64,000 bases of DNA from Macrostomum hystrix (lineage: Eukaryota > Animalia > Platyhelminthes), in assembly GCA_950097015.1 (NCBI GenBank), contig CATNEN010000024.1, positions 3,224,001 through 3,288,000 on the forward strand, given 5' to 3'. The notes beneath the pieces are model-generated. The model ran no database searches and was not told the origin of the DNA. It saw only the letters and a program-made list of their open reading frames with translations. Positions 41,101 through 52,146 of the stretch are shown here, piece after piece (position 1 is the first letter of the stretch; the number at the start of each line of letters is the position of its first letter). The position numbers and the translations under genes were made by a program.

Positions 41101-41648
41101 TTCACTTGTGCTCAGAATATCGACGCGATGTCTCCGGCCAGGCCAGCCAGAACCAGAAGATCTTCTCGGCCTACTTCCTGCTGCTGCTGTTCTTGTCGCC
41201 TTGCATAGTGCTGACTTTCTCCTACGGTTTCACGGCGCGTTTCATCTCGCGCCAGTTCGCCAGGCTTGCCAGGACTCCGGCGGATTCGATGGGACTGCAG
41301 GACAGGCCGAAGTGCAGCCGGTCGCAGAGCGGCAGCGGAGGTCGGCACACTCCGCAGGCCGCGGCTGCCTGCCACGCCAGGGAGCTGCAGAGGCGCACGG
41401 TCAAGACAGTGGTGGTCCTGGTGGCGTTCTTCTTCTGCGCCTGGTTTCCGAAGGATTTGATCATTGCTCTGCAAGACTTTGTGTTTCACGACCAGCGGAG
41501 TCAGCCGGCTATGCTCACAAAGTTCTATCCGTACCTGCAGGCGCTCATCTACCTGCACAGCGCCCTGTGCCCGCTGCTGTACTGGTGCCTCAGCCGGGTG
41601 TTTCGTCGCTACGTTGGTCGCGCGTTCTCTTGCCGGTGTTTCCGATAG
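38116..41648 (+). CDS. Rhodopsin-family (class A) peptide-type GPCR, ~394 aa
   Basis: Exons 38116-38142 (less certain), 39281-39599, 40810-41648. Seven hydrophobic segments; GN in TM1, W-x-L-G-x-x-x-CK before TM3, ECL2 Cys, TM5 FLSP...Y, TM6 AWFP, TM7 PLLY, helix 8 FRR; N-terminal NAS sequon. Confidence 0.92.
38503..38880 (+). mobile_element. tRNA-derived SINE, family 1 (near full length)
   Basis: GAGTGTCCGAGCGGTTAA A-box region, GCTCGATTCC B-box, shared body and (TAT)-rich tail. Lies in GPCR intron 1. Confidence 0.85.
38908..39121 (-). mobile_element. tRNA-derived SINE, family 2 (internally shortened)
   Basis: Reverse complement TAGCCTAGTGGTTAG...GCTCGATTCCCGACTCCACTGGAAC...TTCAGTTCACTCAGC...GCAGGTGTAATC. 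Tail-to-tail with the family 1 copy. Confidence 0.85.
40452..40750. repeat. ~31-33-bp minisatellite (GTTGACTGTCAGGACACTGAAGCAGTGGGG) in GPCR intron 2
   Basis: About 9 units, ending ~60 bp before the acceptor at 40809. Confidence 0.93.
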
Positions 41649-41749
41649 AGAGTTCTCGCCGGACTTGAAAGCTGGATTGCACTCGTTCGCGCGAGTGACG
41701 AAACTTGTCTCACAGTTGTCCGAATATTTCAGATCTCTTATGTGAATTT

Positions 41750-42465
41750 TACGAACTTTTCCGATCTACTAATCCGAACTTTTCCGATCTACTAATCCGA
41801 ACTTTTCCGATCTACTAATCCGAACTTTTCCGATCTACTAATCTGAACTTTTCCGATCTTCTAATCTGAACTTTTCCGATCTTCTAATCCGAACTTTTCC
41901 GATCTACTAATCCGAACTTTTCCGATCTACTAATCCGAACTTTTCCGATCTACTAATCCGAACTTTTCCGATCTACTAATCTGAACTTTTCCGATCTTCT
42001 AATCCGAACTTTTCCGATCTACTAATCTGAACTTTTCCGATCTTCTAATCTGAACTTTTCCGATCTTCTAATCCGAACTTTTCCGATCTTCTAATCCGAA
42101 CTTTTCCGATCTTCTAATCCGAACTTTTCCGATCTTCTAATCTGAACTTTTCCGATCTTCTAATCCGAACTTTTCCGATCTTCTAATCCGAACTTTTCCG
42201 ATCTTCTAATCCGAACTTTTCCGATCTTCTAATCCGAACTTTTCCGATCTACTAATCCGAACTTTTCCGATCTTCTAATCCGAACTTTTCCGATCTACTA
42301 ATCCGAACTTCTCCGATCTTCTAATCCGAACTTTTCCGATCTACTAATCCGAACTTTTCCGATCTTCTAATCCGAACTTTTCCGATCTACTAATCCGAAC
42401 TTCTCCGATCTACTAATCTGAACTTCTCCGATCTACTAATCCGAACTTTTCCGATCTTCTGTCGA
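41750..42465. repeat. 23-bp minisatellite (TCCGAACTTTTCCGATCTACTAA)
   Basis: About 31 units, starting ~100 bp after the GPCR stop codon. Confidence 0.96.
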
Positions 42466-43094
42466 ACTTTTGTCAGAATTTTGTCTCGTTCTTGTCTAAA
42501 ATTTTCCTTAATATTAATATTTTCAGTCGTCTGTGCAGAACGGCGACAATTTTTCCGGTTTAATGTCGCACTGGTTGGATTGTCCTAAAATATGCGAAAG
42601 GAAATCGTCAGCAACACATTTTGCTGCTTGATTAATAAAAATATATAATTTGAGAACTTTCTCATAACTATTGATGCGAAAAAGTTATAGAATTTTCGAC
42701 CGAAGCGAACCCACTGTAGATATGGCATTCTACGAGTATAAAAGTTAGTTCTACGCTCGTAGAAAACTCCTTTGATGAATAATTGCCCACCTTTTTGGTC
42801 TTGAGGAGTTGTTCAAGCGTACTGAACTTTTCAACTTTAATTAAAATTTAGGCAGCAAATTATATAATTGTTTTCTTATGCAGCACCGCACCTGCTAAAT
42901 TAATTGTTATGAGGGCTTGTCAGTGAAATGTGAGCACTGAATAAACGCTACAGCTTTCACAGAAATGGGATTCAAGGATATGACTGCACAATCCCATTCC
43001 ATGCCTAATGTCGAAAAAAAATTCACTCCACTGTTATTTGATACACTCCGATTATATCTTATTCACTACATTTATTCAAACTAGGACTTACACT

Positions 43095-43445
43095 TCTACA
43101 ACCTGATTCACACTTCCACAACCTGATTCACACTTCTACAAACTGATTCACACTTCCACAACCTGATTCACACTTCTACAACCTGATTCACACTTCTACA
43201 ACCTGATTCACACTTCCACAACCTGATTCACACTTCCTCAAACTGATTCACACTTCCACAACCTGATTCACACTTCCTCAAACTGATTCACACTTCCACA
43301 ACCTGATTCACACTTCCACAAACTGATTCACACTTCCACAACCTGATTCACACTTCCTCAAACTGATTCACACTTCCACAACCAGATTCACACTTCTACA
43401 ACCTGATTCACACTTCTACAACCTGATTCACACTTCCACAACCTG
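43095..43445. repeat. 20-bp minisatellite (CACTTCCACAACCTGATTCA)
   Basis: About 17 units. Confidence 0.95.
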
Positions 43446-43539
43446 TTCACACTTTTGACTACTTAATTTATTTCTTCGACAACCGGATTCACACCTTTAG
43501 CGACTAGTAAAATTAACGCCTTTGACAACCTGTTTCACA

Positions 43540-44870
43540 CATTTAACAGCCTGTTTAACAGATTCAAAAGCCTCGTTCACGCATTTAACAGCCTAGTTCA
43601 CATATTAAAAGCCTAGTTCACACATTTAACAGCCTAGTTCACATATTAAAAGCCTAGTTCACACATTTAACAGCCTAGTTCACATATTAAAAGCCTAGTT
43701 CACACATTTAACAGCCTAGTTCACATATTAAAAGCCTAGTTCACACATTTAACAGCCTAGTTCACACATTTAACAGCCTAGTTCACACATTTAACAGCCT
43801 AGTTCACACATTTAACAGCCTCGTTCACGCATTTAACAGCCTAGTTCACATATTAAAAGCCTAGTTCACACATTTAACAGCCTAGTTAACATATTAAAAG
43901 CCTAGTTCACACATTTAACAGCCTAGTTCACACATTTAACAGCCTAGTTCACACATTTAACAGCCTCGTTCACGCATTTAACAGCCTAGTTCACATATTA
44001 AAAGCCTAGTTCACACATTTAACAGCCTAGTTCACACATTTAACAGCCTCGTTCACGCATTTAACAGCCTAGTTCACATATTAAAAGCCTAGTTCACACA
44101 TTTAACAGCCTAGTTCACATATTAAAAGCCTAGTTCACACATTTAACAGCCTAGTTCACATATTAAAAGCCTAGTTCATACATTTAACAGCCTAGTTCAC
44201 ATATTAAAAGCCTAGTTCACACATTTAACAGCCTAGTTCACATATTAAAAGCCTAGTTCACACATTTAACAGCCTAGTTCACACATTTAACAGCCTAGTT
44301 CACACATTTAACAGCCTCGTTCACGCATTTAACAGCCTAGTTCACATATTAAAAGCCTAGTTCACACATTTAACAGCCTAGTTCACATATTAAAAGCCTA
44401 GTTCACACATTTAACAGCCTAGTTCACATATTAAAAGCCTAGTTCATACATTTAACAGCCTAGTTCACATATTAAAAGCCTAGTTCACACATTTAACAGC
44501 CTAGTTCACATATTAAAAGCCTAGTTCACACATTTAACAGCCTAGTTCACACATTTAACAGCCTAGTTCACACATTTAACAGCCTCGTTCACACATTTAA
44601 CAGCCTAGTTCACATATTAAAAGCCTAGTTCACACATTTAACAGCCTAGTTCACATATTAAAAGCCTAGTTCACACATTTAACAGCCTAGTTCACATATT
44701 AAAAGCCTAGTTCATACATTTAACAGCCTAGTTCACATATTAAAAGCCTAGTTCACACATTTAACAGCCTAGTTCACATATTAAAAGCCTAGTTCACACA
44801 TTTAACAGCCTAGTTCACACATTTAACAGCCTAGTTCACATTTTAAACAGCCTAGTTCACACATTTAAGA
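43540..44870. repeat. 20/21-bp minisatellite (CACATTTAACAGCCTAGTTCA alternating with CATATTAAAAGCCTAGTTCA)
   Basis: About 64 units, often as a 41-bp dimer. Confidence 0.96.
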
Positions 44871-45581
44871 GTTCACACATCCAGTCTTACTCCTCGGCAA
44901 TGTGATTCACATCCAAAAAATCGCATCCACTTCTAAGACATTGAAATCACTCACTCCAAACCCTGAAAACATTAGTCAAGCAATGCCGAATATAAAGAAC
45001 AAGATTGAAAGTTGCCATTCAATTTTCAGATGCAACTTTGCTTAAAATCAAGCAACTTCAATAAAAACTGTGGGAAAAAAACTAGCAAGGAAGTGTACTC
45101 ATCCATTAACTCTGAGCAGTCGTCTGTTTGTTCAGAAGTGCCTTCTTAGGGATCAAGGCACACTAGGGAAAGGATGAGTGAGTGTAGGAGAGAAATTTTG
45201 TGAGTGATGTTGCCAATTCTTGAGCGAAACATGCAGATTTCTTGGGCCATCGCAGTATTTGGCTGGCAGTGTGGGTGAATGACATTTGCTCAAAATTGCC
45301 TCCTTTTAACTCAGCCTTATGTTGGCATTGTGGAAGTGATGCATTTCTTGACTTGTCTTGCAATGCAGCCCTTGTAACTATGCAGTTGCTACCCAAATTT
45401 ACTATCCCATTTGATAGATTACATATGGTGTTCGTGTGTTAAACTAATAGTGCAACGGAAGATATTTCTTTATTATAAAACAATCCGATGATGAGGGAAA
45501 AACGGATGTGGAAATTAAAGCTTTCATCACGGGATATTGCATTTATTTGATTATTGTAGCATATCTAAGTAACATTGGACT

Positions 45582-45810
<229 letters not shown>

Positions 45811-46455
45811 AGTAACTCAGAAATGACTATTTTAAGCTCCTTGATTCCCGATTCTGCTAGGGATTTCGGTTAATCCTCGGTCAGCGGTGTGTCGAATATT
45901 CAGATTTTGCCAGCCGCCCGGCACGCAGGCTGACAGATGTCTTCTTAAGAAACAGTGTAGACAGAAATTATTATCGAGTCGAATAGAACTGATGAGAAAG
46001 TTTTCCGCAGCAAAGCTAACACTAATGGCTGCTAAAACCTCAGCTACTTTGTATGCCGGGAAGTTGCTGACTTCCTATAGTGGCTACACACACGCACACA
46101 CGCACACGGCTGTCTTGTTCAAGCAAGCGGAATACGACGGTTTTCTCATCGGCACGGGTGGCCAGCATTTTTTCGCTGTATTGACCTCGTGGCCTCGCAT
46201 TCGCTTGGGGGAATAGATAATTCACCTTTTTGTAGCTTCATTTATTCATGCGCACTGCTCTGTCCAGTATCCGGGGGGTGGGCGATTTCTTGCTGTACCG
46301 AAATCTAGAAACTGCTGGAGATTTCTTGATTAATCTGTGGAAACGTAGTAATTTTCAATTATCTACTTTGTCCATTTTGTACTTTCTCTTTGGGGTTACC
46401 AAATGCACAAAATGTAACTTCTTAAATATTTTTTTCCGAGTTGGGATGTACATCA

Positions 46456-47140
46456 CATAGAGTGGGGTGGCTGCTCGCCGGACGCAATTTGGAGTGAGGT
46501 TGGTGACTGGGAATTCATTCCCTCCCACAAGGAAGTCAACCAATGAGAAGCAAGGCAAACTTCTTTTAACTTTGTACAATAACTATTTAACGTCAAATCA
46601 AAATTGACTGAAATCGATCAGAAAATCGATTGTAATTAGGCATAGCTTACTGGTATCGGAGCAACGAATGTTGCAATTGTCGTCCTGCATGTTTAACCCT
46701 GCACGTTAACTATCTCTGTCTCTCTCACCTGCCCCAGCGCGCGCTTTATTATCGATCGCTCTCACCCCCTCCATTTTGACCCACCTGCGTTAACCCCCTT
46801 GCTGTCCTTTCGTCCCTCTTATATTATCTAGTTCATGCTGTCTCGCTCGCTTGACCGCTATTCAGTATAATAAACTGGTAATGGGCATTGGGACAAACTG
46901 GACAGGTCGTCTCTCTTCACAAATGAGAAACCTTTTCTCTACAAAGGATATTATCTCTACATTATGCCGAGGCCGCGCGTCAAGAGCAAGTTTCCATCGA
47001 TAGATTTTAGCTAATAAAATTTAATCGTAAATTTCATGGAGTGGGGTGGCTGCTCACCGGACGAAATTTGGAGTGAGGTGGATGACAGGAAAATGCGCAA
47101 CCCACCCCATTGAAGTCAGCCAATGAAAACGAGGCCAAAA
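46456..47140 (+). repeat. Pair of diverged ~100-bp direct repeats (46456-46558 and 47035-47140)
   Basis: Both read CAT(A/G)GAGTGGGGTGGCTGCTC(G/A)CCGGACG(C/A)AATTTGGAGTGAGGT...GAAGTCA(A/G)CCAATGA. Confidence 0.8.
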
Positions 47141-47746
47141 AAGCTAAAATCGATATATATTAAACTGGATAGACTGGAACCGGCTGGCAGAAGCTATCAC
47201 GTCATCACATCTGATCAATCGGCACTTAGCTTCCCACTCCTCAGCCGCTCCCCAGAGACAACTGTCGTCTTCAAACTGCTGGTGCTCTTTTTCTTATTAA
47301 ATTCTTGCCCGAAAATCTATCGACAGAAAATTGGATCAGACAGGCTGGACTAAGGAATTCGCTACTACATTGAGCTAGATATGCACGATCAAGAAAAAGA
47401 GAACCGCTGCTTAAAATCTCAATTCACATTTGCATCAGCCACAGCTGGATCAAATATATATCAGCTGTTTCATGCATACCAATCCATTTAATTAAATTTA
47501 AAACAAGAAAGATTCAAAAAAAATTCTTGAATTTATAAGTAAATGTCTCGAACAGAACCAAATTCAACCTTAATATATGCGGTATACCATTCTGTATAGG
47601 GACTGGAAGATGCTAGCTAGATAGTCCATAAAGGGATTACAAATGAAGGCGCGTCTTGAATGTCTATGGCCACGACTTCCTAAATATGTCTTGCTAAACT
47701 ATTCATAACTTGGGGCCATAGACATTTGGAACACACCGAAACGATG

Positions 47747-48473
47747 TATAGCTTTTGCCATTCAATCTCAGTGTTTTGTCATTCATTCTCAGCCCCCATA
47801 GAGTTAATCCAGCCAGTTGGTGCGGTTTGGCCCATAAACTATCGCTCTGTGCCATTCTATCTCAGGTTTTGTTATTCAAACTCAGGCTTTAATGTGGAGA
47901 AGGAATGTGGATAAGGAATGAACAGGTTATTATTCCTCAGCTCGGCTCATGTAACATAGGACCGAAAAACAGACTTGTTAAACTTGTTATACATAATGCA
48001 GTTCATGCACATTACAAGTCAAACACCTCTAGCATCATAGTGAGGAACATACGGATTTGAGCGGAATTGTTATAGTCTTGGATCAGAACAATGACTCAGA
48101 GAAAAGGAATTTTCATAATGCACCGTGAATACATACAGTCGGCTGCAGGCAATCTCCCAGTTTGCGGCCTTCAGAGGCGTCAGAGTGTCCAGTGCAACGT
48201 GGCCCAGGCGCTCCATGTAAGCATATGGCCCATGTAAGTTGGGCCATGTAAGCAAATGCAATGGAAGAAATTTGTAATTTAGCTGTCTTTTGGAGGACTG
48301 CGTTTGAGAGACCGAGCTTATAAAGCCTGAGTTTGAATGACAAAACCCGAGATTGAATGGCACAGAGCGATAGTTTATCGGCCAAGCAGCGCCAACTGGC
48401 TGGATTAATAAATTTTTTCTATGGTGGCTGAGTGTGAATGACAAAACACTGAGATTGAATGGCAAAAGCTATA
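47747..48473. mobile_element. Non-autonomous TIR element (MITE-like), ~145-bp imperfect inverted repeats
   Basis: 47747-47891 is the reverse complement of 48321-48473 (TATAGCTTTTGCCATTCAATCTCAGTGTTTTGTCATTCA...AAACTCAGGCTTTA). TA at both outer ends; no transposase. Confidence 0.75.
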
Positions 48474-49900
48474 GTAAAGATTGCCAATCTGATTGCCAAT
48501 ATGAGCGAATTGTTTTTGATCTAATAGACCTACAACTTCTCTTGGATAAGAAAGCATAATGTGGAGCCTGGACTTTACTGCTCGCTTTATATCCATACAC
48601 CCTATTATGCTGCTCTTCTAATCCTACGTAGATGCAGTGTCCGCTAGTAGGGTGGAAGTTACTTTTACTTTCTACTTTTAGTCGATAGCCAAGCCACATC
48701 TCGCACTAACAGGAAACAAAGCCAAACTTTCAGGAACTGCCAGATCGATTGAGCAGTCGCCAACTGCTTCTTTCATCACTGCCTGCATCACGTCCACCCC
48801 ATCCACTTCCCTATGTGTCCCCTCTCTCCATTTCCACAAGACGAAGCGTAGAAAAATTATGGACTGAGCGACCTGCGACCGCGACATTCTGTATGATGAA
48901 GACATGATTTTAGTGTGAATAAACTCCTTTCCTGATCAACTCGTAGGCGAATGATGCTACTATCGGTTTCAAGTAGTATCAACAGTAGAAAGACCACAGG
49001 TTTGCTTAAAACAGAAAGCAGTTACCAGGGTCCCCTTCATCACCGGCTGGAGCAGAAGAGGATTCTTCAATTTAGCTTTGCGAACGCAGGTCCCGACGGT
49101 CGCTGCCGATGTTCCAGACGGCGATGAAGCGGACCCTGCACGAGAACCCTGCATGGAATGCTGAGAACAAAGGTCCCTACGGCAGATGGACTCAGAGTAT
49201 TGAACCAATACGGATTCGCCATAGAGTTGTATGCAGAGCAATGTTAGTCTGCATCAGGGTCTTTGAAAAGAAGACACTACAGTTTGTACTGTTTTAAGTT
49301 TATTATTTAGCACACTTCGATGTTAAACTAGCCATGTAATGAGATCCCAACTAAAATCTCGAGCATCGTTTGAAAGTGCAAACTGAATTCTATTTTCTTG
49401 AGCATCGTAAAAATTCTCTTCAACATGGCTCAACCAAGTGGAAGTAGAAGCTATTATTATTTTGTCAATAAAGGCTTTGGGCCTAGGTGCAGCCTCTTGC
49501 ACGAGATCTTAAACTCTGAATATATTGATATATTTTATGTAGGCCAAGAGTTAAGCTTTCTCGATCGGGACAAGGATATACCTCCAAGGGATATCCAATT
49601 GATTTATCCCTTAAACTATAGAAAACGCGAAAAACATGAAACAGGATGTGCAATGCCACCTGCCTGCTCTTGAACGGGCAAACTGCTAAATAAGTTTTAT
49701 TTCCACCTTCTGCTTTAAAATTTGCTTGAAGTCTAAAGAGAATTTTCAAAACAACGTTCGCCCTATAATCGCAAAAAAGTATTGCACAAGCTCCCAAAAA
49801 ATCTCGACATGGAACTCAAGTTCGGTGTACTTATCCAACATTTTCAGTTTTTGCTATCATTCTTAGGCTCTTGCAAGAGTTTTAGCCACCCGACAGTGCT

Positions 49901-50239
49901 TCAGGAATACCACCAGAACTTGGACCGCTGGCCGTGGCGCCCGCGCGTGCGCGGATACTGCCCACCGGCGCTCCAGCCGCCGCCGTCCTCCTCGGCCGGC
50001 TGCGACGCCTCCTCAACCACAGACGGCTGCTCATCATCGTCCAGTCGTTTCGGCTGCGAATGTCGTTTGCCCATGGCCGGGAAGCCGGGACTGATGCCGC
50101 CGTGCCGACCGCGCCCGGAGCCAGGGAAGAAGTCAAACGCACCAGCTGCGGCTGTTGGCGATGCCAGGCAGCCGATGAGCAGTACAGCCAGCAGCAGCAG
50201 CAGCAGCGGCAACAGCGGTTTTAGTCGAGCAGATCGCAT
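49901..50239 (-). CDS. Probable neuropeptide/secreted peptide precursor (112 aa)
   Basis: ATG 50239; Leu-rich signal peptide; ...GFPAM-G-KR amidation and cleavage site, a second KR, an acidic spacer, and RGRHG twice; no Cys after the signal peptide. Further splicing near the 3' end cannot be excluded. Confidence 0.6.
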   Translation of the reverse strand: MRSARLKPLLPLLLLLLAVLLIGCLASPTAAAGAFDFFPGSGRGRHGGISPGFPAMGKRHSQPKRLDDDEQPSVVEEASQPAEEDGGGWSAGGQYPRTRGRHGQRSKFWWYS

Positions 50240-50724
50240 TGTTTCAATGGTCCGGAGAGAAATCTTCAAGGAGTAGTTTTTTAAGAGGTGAGCCAAATTT
50301 AACTCGCACGGTGTATTTCCTCAACCTGTGCGAATGCCTACCGTTATATATTAACTGCTGGCAATTAGATCCAACTTTATTAACTTCGTTAGGTCACTGG
50401 CGCGAGCAATTCAACCATGCTATTGGACCAGAGCGTCTTTGCCTTTGTCTTTCGACTGCCTTTCGCATCAGCTTAAAGACCCGGGTCACGCTCGTCTTCC
50501 AAATAAGTCCTTCTCCAATGCCTTCTTTGCCTTTGCCCGACAATTAAACGGTAGCAATAAAGATGAGAGCTTTGCCGACTGAGTCCATAGCTGTTCGAGT
50601 TCTGTTTTCACACCTTGCGTGTGAGACTGCGCGTCTCTGCAGAGAAATCTTTCAGCTCCTTTCCCTCTCGCAATTATCTTTGTCCTTCACAAACTGCTCA
50701 ATTGTAATTGCGCTGCGTTCAGTC

Positions 50725-51048
50725 ACAATCCTGACAGGACAGGACAGGACAGGACAGGATAGGATAGGACAGGACAGGACAGGACAGGACAGGACAGGAC
50801 AGGACAGGATAGGACAGGACAGGACAGGACAGGACAGGACAGGATAGGATAGGACAGGACAGGACAGGACAGGACAGGACAGGGCAGGACAGGACAGGAC
50901 AGGACAGGACAGGACAGGACAGGACAGGACAGGGCAGGACAGGACAGGACAGGGCAGGACAGAGCAGGACAGGACAGGACAGGGCAGGACAGAGCAGGAC
51001 AGGACAGGACAGGACAGGACAGGACAAGGACAGGACAGGACAGGACAG
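50725..51048. repeat. (GGACA)n pentanucleotide microsatellite
   Basis: About 64 units, with GGATA/GGGCA/GAGCA variants. Confidence 0.97.
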
Positions 51049-51057
51049 GACAGACAG

Positions 51058-51337
51058 TGCGGTCTTACGTGTGTGTCTCTCGCGCTAAAGTCTCTGTCGC
51101 AGCCGCGGCGAGGCCACATTCATTTGGCCACATTCCTACGGACCAACCTCTAAGGCACAGTGAGAGTGTTTACTGCCTGACGATGAGAAAGTCAGGGCAG
51201 ATGTACACATCTGTGTGCGTGTGTGCTCAGGAGTCAGCGGAATGGGCAGAATTACCTCCTAGCTGGCTGCGGGTCTAGTGTCACCAAATGATGTGCCATT
51301 GCCCACAGCCCTGTTGCCAACCTTAATATTACTATTC
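51058..51337 (+). mobile_element. tRNA-derived SINE, family 1 (degenerate head)
   Basis: GCGGCGAGGCCACATTCATTTGG...AAGGCACAGTGAGAGTG...GATGAGAAAGTCAGGGCAGATGTACAC...CTCAGGAGTCAGCG matches the 38503 copy. Confidence 0.8.
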
Positions 51338-51659
51338 CTCTGGACTAACGAACTCGATTACTCACAGGAATTCTCATTCACTACCAGATTCGCAAGGCCA
51401 GCTCACTCCCGAATGACAGAAATTTGATATCTTGTTATTTTCTTTTTTTGTTGTTTTTGTATAACTTTCCAAAGCTAAATATCAATTCAAATCGATTTGC
51501 GCCACGTTGGATGCACTTTAGTACCCGATATCTGTGTTGTCACATTCCGCGAGTCCTGATTTTCTTTGATCTTGAGGGGCTGTGGGGAATCAATGGCTAC
51601 CATCTGAGCTTTTGGTGGGGGTGGGTGATGCGCTGCCTTGTCAGAAATCGACGCTCTCT

Positions 51660-51730
51660 CATTGGCTGGTCTCTGCCAGGGTTTTCATTCTGTCAGACGC
51701 GGTGCGGCCATCGTCGGAGTCTATAAAAGA
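51660..51730 (+). promoter_or_regulatory. Candidate core promoter of the iGluR gene (reverse CCAAT plus TATA box)
   Basis: ATTGG at ~51661 and TATAAAA at 51722. A downstream ACG|GTGAGT donor at 51811 and an AG just before ATG 52147 suggest a 5'UTR intron. Confidence 0.4.
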
Positions 51731-52146
51731 GGCACTTGGAGACAACTTGTTCCTCTGAGATCAAAATAAAGAAGGGTTTGAATAGGCATCTATGGTAAAA
51801 TAACTTTACGGTGAGTGTCAATTGTGCCATGTTTCGGCGATTAATAAAAAAAAATTTGGGCGTAAGTTAGGCCTGAAAAATCGTAACAATATAAGAGATT
51901 AGACATTAGACATATGGGATCAGGTTGAGATTGAGATTGAAATTGAGAGATTAGAGATCTGAAGCTAGATTGTGACATTAGAGACCTAAGATAAGACTGA
52001 GATTAGAGGTCTGAGACTATATTGGAAGATGCAAGTGATATTTTGCCAAAGTTAATACAGAGAGATTCGACAACAACCGACAGTCTTCTTGTTAGTCTCA
52101 TAATCTATTTTTTCTCAAGACTTTCACGAACCCAATTGCCCGATAG

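Noticed and set aside
45887-46216. 109-aa plus-strand ORF
   Set aside because: It has a non-ATG start, contains a CA repeat, and shows no splice support or recognisable domain.
48700-49300. GC-rich segments with acceptor-like ctaacag and short open frames on both strands
   Set aside because: No consistent phase-matched model; could be 3'UTR or an unresolved small gene.
49782-50276. 164-aa plus-strand ORF
   Set aside because: It is the antisense shadow of the GC-rich peptide precursor exon, with no recognisable features.
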